Positions 56,528-64,000 of a DNA stretch of 64,000 nt are shown piece after piece. Numbering within the stretch: position 1 is the first letter of the stretch; the number at the start of each line of letters is the position of its first letter. A model generated the notes under the pieces. It had not been told where the DNA came from. It saw only the letters and a program-made list of their open reading frames with translations, and did not search any database. A program made the position numbers and the translations under genes. Source of the DNA: a virus (taxonomy: Duplodnaviria; Caudoviricetes); IMG/VR virus record IMGVR_UViG_3300008255_000098; one strand, given 5' to 3'.

Positions 56528-57507
56528 CCGTACTCGTGCTTTGTTTGAAGTTTTATTTGTATTTCTTTAAACTTATTTATATCTATGAACCTAATATCGT
56601 ATCGGCTATCTAATTTATAATCAAATACTGATTTAATTATTGGTATAGAGGAATGCATTCCAGCGGTAAGTAAGTTTGTAGGAATTTCTTTTCCAGTTTT
56701 TGGTGTGCCGCCGTTTTTAAGTATTATTTGTGCTTCCCTGGGAAAACTTTCAAGTGGCGTCTCTACGGCCACTAGAAGCCTAGATTTAGTAGGAATTACT
56801 AAACGGGAGGAACTTATAACCCACTCACCTTCAGACTTATAAGTATGTATTCCTTTTAGAACCGAGTATTTTATCAAATTTTGAAATGTTCTTGGATTAA
56901 TAGAGGAGATGTCTTCTGCCGTTGTGTTTTTTAAAATTTCTTCCCAAAAATACTTCGTTAAATCTTCTAGAGAGTTTATTTCGACTTCTCCATTTTCATA
57001 TCTTTTATTTATATCATAAGATGACACATAACCATCACGCATAAGTGACCCAAGATGTCTAACGCCATCATCATTTGAAGTAAGAGCACTCCTATATATT
57101 TCTCTAAAAATATTGTCTATTATTTTTCTATTTCCTTTGACGCCTTGGTCAGCGTTGAAAATTCTACGCAGCATAGCCATATTTTTATTAGTTAGCTGCT
57201 CGATATTATCATATTCAACACGTCTAAGATTTCCTTCATTCACCGATAAAGTATTTTTAGCGTTCATTACTACAACTGCGTTTCTAAATCCAATACCGAG
57301 CCAGTGCATCAAAATTCTATTATTATCTGAGATACCAGATATCCCTTCAAGCACACCTGCGGACAAATCTTTAAGATTCTTATCTGCGGTTGGGGAAACA
57401 GAGGTAATCAGCCAAAATACATTAGGATTTCCAGAAGTAGAACGTACCTCGTGTAAAACATCTTTTGTATAAATGTCAATTATAAATTTTAATTGTCTGG
57501 AAATCAT
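56524..57507 (-). CDS. Hypothetical protein, paralogue of 57504-58496
   Basis: Shared VFWxxTS, WLGI.RNAV, YDN...NM..L.R.F and YKSEGEW; leader LKFIIDIYTKDVLHEV. Confidence 0.75.
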   Translation of the reverse strand: MISRQLKFIIDIYTKDVLHEVRSTSGNPNVFWLITSVSPTADKNLKDLSAGVLEGISGISDNNRILMHWLGIGFRNAVVVMNAKNTLSVNEGNLRRVEYDNIEQLTNKNMAMLRRIFNADQGVKGNRKIIDNIFREIYRSALTSNDDGVRHLGSLMRDGYVSSYDINKRYENGEVEINSLEDLTKYFWEEILKNTTAEDISSINPRTFQNLIKYSVLKGIHTYKSEGEWVISSSRLVIPTKSRLLVAVETPLESFPREAQIILKNGGTPKTGKEIPTNLLTAGMHSSIPIIKSVFDYKLDSRYDIRFIDINKFKEIQIKLQTKHEYG

Positions 57508-58496
57508 AAAAGTTTTTCATGATACTTTTCACGATACTTTTCAAATTTTTCCATTGAGATAAAGTTAACTTGATATCGACTGGATAAATTATACTTATTA
57601 GTAAGCTCTATTAGCCTGAGCGCACGTTTTTCGGTTTGTAATTTTGGTGGATCTGGCCAGGCACCTTGTTTAGGAACTTGTGTGTATTCTTGTCGTGCTT
57701 GGTTAGAAATGGACTTTGGGTCAACGTCAAGAGCGATAAATATAGTACTTCCATTTGGGATTTCCATAGTATCCCCCTTTATCATCCACTCACCTTCAGA
57801 TTTATAAATTTCTCCTATGCGCTTTAGTGCCATGACAATTAAGTTTTCCCACACACTAGTTGGGAAATCCTTAGCTTCTTCTACAAGCCATTTTCCTTTA
57901 TTCTCGGCAATTTTAATAGTTGTTTTTTGTACCCAAGCTGCTAATTCTTTTATAGAATTTATATTTGGTTTTTCGTCTTTGTAGGCAGACCCGTATAAAG
58001 TGGCTGCCAACGTTCCATACTCAATATAATACAAAATAGTGGCAACAGATTTACTAGGTGGTTTTGATTGTTTGCCAGCCCACTGGACATAACCCATTAC
58101 AGTTTGCATTAAACCAAACCAATCATAATCTCGTTCTGGCGAGCGATCAAACAATCTAAAAAGTGTTGTCATGTTTTTTGAAACAAGATAATGTGGGTTA
58201 TCGTACATTATTCTGCTAACATTATTCAGTTTTAAGAATTTCTTAGCCGGGATGACTATAACAGCATTTCTAGCGATACCTAGCCACTGAGTTACAATTT
58301 CTTTCGTTCCAGATATACCTTTAACTCCTTTTAGTTTTCCAGTAGAGATCTGTTCTAAGAATTTTTCTGAGTGTTCATCTATAGAAGTCACCATCCAAAA
58401 AACAGTTGGAATGTCTTTTTGTGTGTAGGATACCTCAATTAGAACTTTTTCTAATTCAGAATTTATTAATTTTTGTAAAACTTTCATTTTACTCAA
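57504..58496 (-). CDS. Hypothetical protein, paralogue of 56524-57507
   Basis: Same shared motifs; leader LQKLINSELEKVLIEV. Confidence 0.75.
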   Translation of the reverse strand: MSKMKVLQKLINSELEKVLIEVSYTQKDIPTVFWMVTSIDEHSEKFLEQISTGKLKGVKGISGTKEIVTQWLGIARNAVIVIPAKKFLKLNNVSRIMYDNPHYLVSKNMTTLFRLFDRSPERDYDWFGLMQTVMGYVQWAGKQSKPPSKSVATILYYIEYGTLAATLYGSAYKDEKPNINSIKELAAWVQKTTIKIAENKGKWLVEEAKDFPTSVWENLIVMALKRIGEIYKSEGEWMIKGDTMEIPNGSTIFIALDVDPKSISNQARQEYTQVPKQGAWPDPPKLQTEKRALRLIELTNKYNLSSRYQVNFISMEKFEKYREKYHEKLL

Positions 58497-58514
58497 TCAT
58501 TGTCCATTTGTTGT

Positions 58515-59174
58515 TTAAAAATATCCATAATCTACCAATACTACATTTCCGTTTGAGGTTATTCCCCAGTGGTCGAGCCTGTCAATGTCGGCGACACCTA
58601 ATTTTGTTAAGTCGTATATCCCTTTTAAAAGTTGCATGTCAAACTTATTTAAATCTTCAACTTCTATTTTTTTATTCGTTCCAACATAAATCTCATCTTC
58701 GAACCATAAATTCCTATGGTTGATTGTTTCTTTGATGGCATCGCTAAGATTATTAGTATGTTCTATTTTAGGAATAAAATCATCTATAATTTGTGTGTCG
58801 ATAGTTAGTTTTGAATATGCTTGTTTGTTGTCTATAAACACCTGAACCGCCTCAGAAATTATCCAAAAGTAATTGTCTGCAAAATCATATATTTTTGCTA
58901 AATATTTCTTGGGAATAGTGCTGTTTGTATATACAGATACTTCTTGTTTATTTTGTAACCAACGACTCGGAATCTGCACTTTCAGTACTTTACCTGAACC
59001 GAGAGCGAAGACTCTTCTTGTACTGCCAGAGCCTAATTCAATTAAATGTTTTTCAGCGTATTCATTTATCTCTTTTATAGTTTTAAGACTTTTCAGAACT
59101 TTAAAACTAAAGCCTCTATAACTCTCTAAAAGTATATTGTTGACCTCTTCATTTATTATATCAAGTATATTCAT
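58515..59174 (-). CDS. Atypical protein-kinase-like fold protein, paralogue of 6978-7808
   Basis: LGSGSTRRVF, VLKV, QNKQE, ADIDRLDHWG, LVDYGY. Start re-set to MNILDIINEEV (59174). Confidence 0.7.
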   Translation of the reverse strand: MNILDIINEEVNNILLESYRGFSFKVLKSLKTIKEINEYAEKHLIELGSGSTRRVFALGSGKVLKVQIPSRWLQNKQEVSVYTNSTIPKKYLAKIYDFADNYFWIISEAVQVFIDNKQAYSKLTIDTQIIDDFIPKIEHTNNLSDAIKETINHRNLWFEDEIYVGTNKKIEVEDLNKFDMQLLKGIYDLTKLGVADIDRLDHWGITSNGNVVLVDYGYF

Positions 59175-59175
59175 T

Positions 59176-59399
59176 TTATAAATCCCAATAATCTCCACTT
59201 GATTCAAAATCATTTATTTCGTAGACTGCCAATATAGTCCTATCAGAAGAGGTAAACTCATTATGACCATATCTTAAAAGATCACCAAAACCAGCTTTTG
59301 TTGTTTCAAGTACTTTGGTAAATAATTCTAAATCAAGAGACGTAAATTCATTAGTTTTGATATAATCTCTTTTTTTTCCTTTTGTTTAAGAAGTTTCAT
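59176..59399 (-). pseudogene. About 75-aa gene needing a -1 shift at an A8 run
   Basis: The ATG 59399 frame stops after 23 aa. The -1 frame reads RDYIKTNEF...SSGDYWDL* and its TAA lies 1 nt before the kinase ATG. Confidence 0.4.
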
Positions 59400-59485
59400 A
59401 CTAAACCCTAAAACTTTCGGACAGATTTTTTAACTATATTTTCAATATATGTTATTAGCGAATAATTCACGCTTATAACTATTCT

Positions 59486-60319
59486 TTACGAACGTAATAA
59501 ACACTGGTTTGTAGTACAAATCTTATGTGTTGGATTTCTGTATTTGTGTAACAACCCCAATAAATCTACACTGGACGCAGCATACCCAATATAAGTGGCA
59601 TTCTGTATAAACGACGTGGTAACGCCAACGATTTCCCCACGGTCATTGAATAATGGTCCTCCAGATGCACCATGAGTTACGTTTGCTTGGTGAACCACCT
59701 CAGAGTGTCCGTTTGCAAGTCTTCTAATTGAGGAAACTATTCCTTGTGTAAATAACCAGAGTTCTCCTGCTGGCATCCCAATCTCATATACACGAGAACC
59801 AACTGTCGGTAGCGTGTCTGAAACTCTAAAAAAATGTTCTGAAGAACGTTCAGTACTAATAAGTTCAATTAGAGCAATATCTCTACCTGTGTCAAACTGA
59901 ACAACTTTTGTTTGGTGAATTGTAACTGCCAGAGTTTCAGCGCCACTTTCTATAGAATCATTATATTCCTGATGATTTACAATAAGAATTTCTCTTCCTA
60001 ATTCTGAAACACTTTCTACTGGCACGCTTTCTGCTGGCATTTCTATGCTTATGCCTGGAGCAACTTGCACTATATGTGTAGTAGGCGGAACTACACAATG
60101 ATTTGCAGTAGCTAAAATTCTCGGACTAATATAAAATGCAGTGCAAATCGGACTAAATAAACCAGAAGGCCCTTGCATTACAATTGCAGCAGTTGAATTT
60201 AGTGTGTCATTAATCATTACTGAAGAGTCAGTAAGGTGTCCACTATAAGCTGGACCTTGTACTTGACAACCAAACAAAGCAAAAACAACAAGTGCTATAA
60301 TTTTATTGTTGCTGCGCAT
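59486..60319 (-). CDS. Trypsin-like serine protease, predicted lipoprotein
   Basis: Lipobox LFGC; triad TANHC / DIAL / GASGGP. Confidence 0.85.
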   Translation of the reverse strand: MRSNNKIIALVVFALFGCQVQGPAYSGHLTDSSVMINDTLNSTAAIVMQGPSGLFSPICTAFYISPRILATANHCVVPPTTHIVQVAPGISIEMPAESVPVESVSELGREILIVNHQEYNDSIESGAETLAVTIHQTKVVQFDTGRDIALIELISTERSSEHFFRVSDTLPTVGSRVYEIGMPAGELWLFTQGIVSSIRRLANGHSEVVHQANVTHGASGGPLFNDRGEIVGVTTSFIQNATYIGYAASSVDLLGLLHKYRNPTHKICTTNQCLLRS

Positions 60320-60322
60320 TTG

Positions 60323-61162
60323 CTATCCCAGAGTTCCAATTTGTGCTAAGTTATCTAAACTTCTACTAGTTTCTAGTATCCTTATCAGAGTTTGAATATA
60401 ACTAATCGGCTTCGCTTCACCCACTACTGTTCCAGATCTATTGCTACTCCACCCAGCAGAATGAATTCCAACAATACGTCCTCTAAAATCCATAATAGGT
60501 GAACCAGAAGACCCTGGGCCAGTTCTCACCTGGTGTAAAATATCTATACTGTTGTTTCCTCTAATTTGAATTCTTGAGATAATACCATTTGTCAAAACCC
60601 AAATTTGTCCCACAGGCATTCCTATTGAATATGCTTCTTCGCCTGGCCTAAGAGGTTCTCTCTCAAGATTCCTCATGACCAGCCAATTCGGAGAAGGAGT
60701 TTGTCTATCTTTCAACTCTAATAAAGCAACATCGTGGTTATTTTCAGTATCTATTTCTACGACTGTAGCTGTCATATATTCAGGGTTGTTATGCTCTGTT
60801 GCGTTTGCAACCCTAGACCAATCATCATATTGATGGAAAGTCACAAATTGAATTTCATCCCCAACCGGGGAAGTTGTTCCAGGGAGACTAAGAGAAACCC
60901 CAGGTGCAACCTCAACAGTTTCTTCATGTACAACACAATGTGCGGCTGTGACTAATAGTTTTGGGCTAACAAAAGAAGCGGTACAATACGGTCCACGCAT
61001 TCCACCATTACCCACCTCAACCATGGCCACTACTGAATTATAGATGTCATCTAAGTGATCCGTGTTGCCTGGGATGTGCAGAGGTGGCATCGCCCCTCCG
61101 CAACTTACTATCAACGACGCAGTTATAGCAATTACAAATATCCAAATATTTTTAAAATTCAT
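60323..61162 (-). CDS. Trypsin-like serine protease, predicted lipoprotein
   Basis: Start re-set to MNFKNIW; lipobox IVSC; triad TAAHC / DVAL / GSSGSP. Confidence 0.85.
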   Translation of the reverse strand: MNFKNIWIFVIAITASLIVSCGGAMPPLHIPGNTDHLDDIYNSVVAMVEVGNGGMRGPYCTASFVSPKLLVTAAHCVVHEETVEVAPGVSLSLPGTTSPVGDEIQFVTFHQYDDWSRVANATEHNNPEYMTATVVEIDTENNHDVALLELKDRQTPSPNWLVMRNLEREPLRPGEEAYSIGMPVGQIWVLTNGIISRIQIRGNNSIDILHQVRTGPGSSGSPIMDFRGRIVGIHSAGWSSNRSGTVVGEAKPISYIQTLIRILETSRSLDNLAQIGTLG

Positions 61163-61283
61163 CCCAAATAACCTTCTATTTTCAATATGCGCACAAGTCG
61201 TACACATATTTTAACTATAGAGGCAATTTGTTAAAAGAGTATAAAATTTTATACAATTGATAAAATAAATTATTTTGTCTTAT

Positions 61284-63848
61284 TTATCCACATTTACTAT
61301 ATCCGCAGGACAGGCAAGTCGTACAACCTTCTTGATACACTAAAGACGTTTGTCCACATTCAGAACATATTTTTTTATTTATTTTTGTTCCATCTTTGAT
61401 ATAGCGTTTCAAAACTCTTTGTAGCCCTTTAGACAATGAAAACATGTCATTGTCTTTGCTCGCACCTTTTTCTAATTGTTCACAAACGTATTGCACCGGA
61501 ACACCGTGACGCAAAGCCAAAGAAATAGTTCTAGTAAAGGCGCTTTCAGTTGTGTTCTCAAAAACAGTTGCAAGATCTTTAATCACCAACTCATTTTCTC
61601 CGGTTCCAGTATATAGGTTGTAGGTTCCATTTTTTTTGATTATACCAGTTTTTCTATTTTTAGGCAAGGAAACATGCTCTGAACGTCCTGCGAAAACTTC
61701 ATATGGTCGGTCATCCAACAATCCAATGAAAAACTCCCATTTTTCGCCCTTTACTTGCATATGAAATATTTCACAATCAAGAATTTCTGGCCTCTTTATT
61801 GCATTATTATCGGTGAAAACATTTTCTTTTTTGGTAGAATCTGATTTTGTTTCCAACACTGCCGTTCTTGTTCCTTCACGATATGTTGTAATTCCTTTAA
61901 TGTTGTTTTTCCAAGCAGTGAGATATATGTCTTTAAACTCTTCATAAGGGTAATCATTTGGAACATTTACCGTTTTACTCACAGACATATTTGTATATTC
62001 TGCTGCGATTTTTAAAACATTTATATGTTCTTCAACTGATAAATTTTGTGCAGTTGCATATACTTCTTGATTTTCAAGTTCTTGTTCTGTCTTTCCTAGA
62101 ACATTTTTCAAAAACTTAAAACCGTAGTCTTCTAAAAATGTTTCTACAACCAATCCTCTATTTTTGTCAATCTCATAGTTTTTATCTTTATATGTTCCTT
62201 TAAGGATTTGTTCTTGTCCACGAGATGAAAAGCTCATATGTTCTGTTTCAAACCATTCGGACTTTGAAATATCTGGAAATTTGAATCCGCCTTCAATTAA
62301 ATCTCTTCTTCTGCCTTCGGGTACAATAGACCATCGAAAAAATCCTTTTCCGAAAACGGGCTCAATCCCACCAGAAACATTCCTAGCAAAAATTCCTGTG
62401 TTTCCTGTTGGGGCATTCATAGATTGATGAGAATTTCTCATTTCCCCTATAGCTTCGATTTCTTTTTTAATATTTTCAGAAATATCAAGATTTTCCCACC
62501 AATATGACGAAAAATATTTCTCTTTATCAAATAACTTATATGAGCCTTTTTCTTTTCCTAATAGTGCCGAGGCCATAAGTTCCGTTTCGGCTTTTAATTT
62601 GAAAATTTCACGTGTAAGCTCCATAGATTTTTTAGAACCATATTTGGTTCCCAACATGATATGAATGGAACCAAGCCCCATTACACCAACGCCAATTCGT
62701 CTCTTTTCAAGAACAGCTTTTTTATATTCAGGTAGTGGCATTTCAGAAATATCATTTATATTATCTAAAAATCTAATAGCCGTAGCTACAGTTTCAGAAA
62801 AATCTGCAAAATCAAAATATGGGACATTTTTCTCATCAAGTTTGATAAACATTGCTAGATTAACTGAACCAAGATTACATGCTCCAGTAGACATGACGAC
62901 TTCACCACAAGGGTTTGTCGTCATAATTTTTTCATACCAATATCCAGGATTGAGTTTGTTTGCTAAGTCTAAAAATAGTACCCCAGGCTCAGCCCTCTCA
63001 TAGGTAGACTTCATTATCAAATCCCAGATTGATCTGGCTTTTACTGTATCATAAACTATTACTGGATTCCCTTTTTGTTCCCAGTCATAGATATCTCCAA
63101 ACCACTCAGTGTTATATTCTGGGACCTCAGTATTAGGATATTTCAATTCCCAATTTTTGTCTTCTATAACAGCAGACATAAACCCTTCGGTAATTCCAAC
63201 CGACATATTAAATTTTTCGAGTCTGCCTTCAGTATGTTTTGCAACTATAAAATCTAAAATTTCTGGATGCCAAACATTTAGAACGAGCATTTGGGCGCCC
63301 TTCCTAATTTTGTTTTTTTCGTCTGGCCTTCTGCTTCCCAGAATTTTTGTTGAGCCCTGTGTTATTACCTCAGAGGATTTGTCCCACAACTCCATGAATT
63401 TAAGTACCCCTGGGGTACGTGAGCCAATCCCTTTTACATATGAACCAGCGGGTCTAATCCAAGATGCATTTATACCATACCCACCTTCAGATTTGAGGGT
63501 TTTGGCTTGTGCCTTAAGCATGTCATAAATGCCGTCAATACTGTCGCAATCTTTCAAATTAATATCAGCAGGGTTATGGACAAAACAATTAAACAAGGTG
63601 GTTGCGTTTCTAGAGTCTATTCCTAAGTTGGCTAATATTCTTCCAGCGGGAACAAACCTATCGTTATAAACCGCTTTTTTAAATTCTGTTTTTATTACAT
63701 CTCTAATTCCTTCTTTTTCAATCTCCGCACAGTTTTGTGCTATCCTGTCCCAAGTATCTTTTCTTATAAGGTCTTTTGGACCTTTGTAATTGTCCTCCCA
63801 AACTTCTATTGAAAGTGCGTCATATTCAAAATTATTTATTATTTCCAT
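61284..63848 (-). CDS. nrdJ: Class II (adenosylcobalamin-dependent) ribonucleotide reductase
   Basis: PAGRIL, TLFNCFV, GGYG, GAQM, FNMSV, EPGVLF, TNPCGE, CNLGSVN, APTG, VSKTVNVP, KGITTYR, then a C-terminal PYEVF...LRHG domain and CxxC...CxxCGYSKC zinc ribbon. No adjacent beta subunit. Confidence 0.85.
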   Translation of the reverse strand: MEIINNFEYDALSIEVWEDNYKGPKDLIRKDTWDRIAQNCAEIEKEGIRDVIKTEFKKAVYNDRFVPAGRILANLGIDSRNATTLFNCFVHNPADINLKDCDSIDGIYDMLKAQAKTLKSEGGYGINASWIRPAGSYVKGIGSRTPGVLKFMELWDKSSEVITQGSTKILGSRRPDEKNKIRKGAQMLVLNVWHPEILDFIVAKHTEGRLEKFNMSVGITEGFMSAVIEDKNWELKYPNTEVPEYNTEWFGDIYDWEQKGNPVIVYDTVKARSIWDLIMKSTYERAEPGVLFLDLANKLNPGYWYEKIMTTNPCGEVVMSTGACNLGSVNLAMFIKLDEKNVPYFDFADFSETVATAIRFLDNINDISEMPLPEYKKAVLEKRRIGVGVMGLGSIHIMLGTKYGSKKSMELTREIFKLKAETELMASALLGKEKGSYKLFDKEKYFSSYWWENLDISENIKKEIEAIGEMRNSHQSMNAPTGNTGIFARNVSGGIEPVFGKGFFRWSIVPEGRRRDLIEGGFKFPDISKSEWFETEHMSFSSRGQEQILKGTYKDKNYEIDKNRGLVVETFLEDYGFKFLKNVLGKTEQELENQEVYATAQNLSVEEHINVLKIAAEYTNMSVSKTVNVPNDYPYEEFKDIYLTAWKNNIKGITTYREGTRTAVLETKSDSTKKENVFTDNNAIKRPEILDCEIFHMQVKGEKWEFFIGLLDDRPYEVFAGRSEHVSLPKNRKTGIIKKNGTYNLYTGTGENELVIKDLATVFENTTESAFTRTISLALRHGVPVQYVCEQLEKGASKDNDMFSLSKGLQRVLKRYIKDGTKINKKICSECGQTSLVYQEGCTTCLSCGYSKCG

Positions 63849-63874
63849 GTCTTTTCCCAAGTATTTTTCAAAAT

Positions 63875-64000
63875 TTATATGTTATTCTGCATTTCTCGCA
63901 ATTTCTTTCTAACAAAAGAATGTTCATCTTCGCTTATAGTACTTGTGTACTCACTTACTTCTTGGTCAGTAAGAATCCTAAGTTTAGATTTTGCAGTATC
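63875..64000 (-). CDS. 3' end of a gene that starts outside the window (possibly a DnaB-like helicase)
   Basis: Open frame DTAKSKLRILTDQEVSEY...EMQNNI*; the identity is a guess from the C-terminal pattern and position. Confidence 0.45.
   Translation of the reverse strand, partial: DTAKSKLRILTDQEVSEYTSTISEDEHSFVRKKLREMQNNI

Noticed and set aside
61284-63848. Intein or intron in the ribonucleotide reductase
   Set aside because: The frame is continuous at normal length, with no C...HN splice motifs or homing-endonuclease signature.
1-64000. CRISPR array, tRNA or rRNA genes
   Set aside because: No regularly spaced direct repeats or cloverleaf with T-loop/anticodon arms were seen by eye; the repeated hairpin elements are dispersed, not arrayed. 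A tRNAscan-SE run would be the definitive check.

Overview
AT-rich, gene-dense 64-kb segment of a large contractile-tailed (myovirus-type, T4-superfamily-like) dsDNA bacteriophage genome, probably of a Gram-negative host. The host inference rests on an outer-membrane beta-barrel-like protein and two lipoproteins. Two convergent baseplate/tail operons (10.4-24.8 kb on +; 34.0-45.8 kb on -, including a 1605-aa tape measure protein) flank an island with a phage sigma factor and a sugar-nucleotide/glycosyltransferase cluster (gmd, fcl, epimerase, GT4 x2, FkbM). Nucleotide metabolism genes: thyX, class II RNR, NUDIX, two HAD nucleotidases. Also present: an actin-like ATPase and two tail-assembly chaperone paralogues. 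Most notable: (i) about 12 proteins share a short amphipathic leader ending in a hydrophobic-x-Glu motif. They include two atypical kinases, an RNA-ligase/Pol-beta nucleotidyltransferase fusion, a ParB/GNAT/Arr-like multi-module protein, a HAD phosphatase and an ExE paralogue pair. In two proteins the motif recurs internally between enzyme modules. This suggests a capsid-packaged, prohead-protease-processed effector/polyprotein system (inference). (ii) Five dispersed IS200/IS605 (TnpB) right-end/omegaRNA-like remnants, two of which show compensatory base changes in a hairpin. (iii) A 69-aa minigene resembling an isolated segment of a T4-type major capsid protein. All product calls come from motif recognition by eye; no database searches were run. 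No tRNA, rRNA or CRISPR array was seen.
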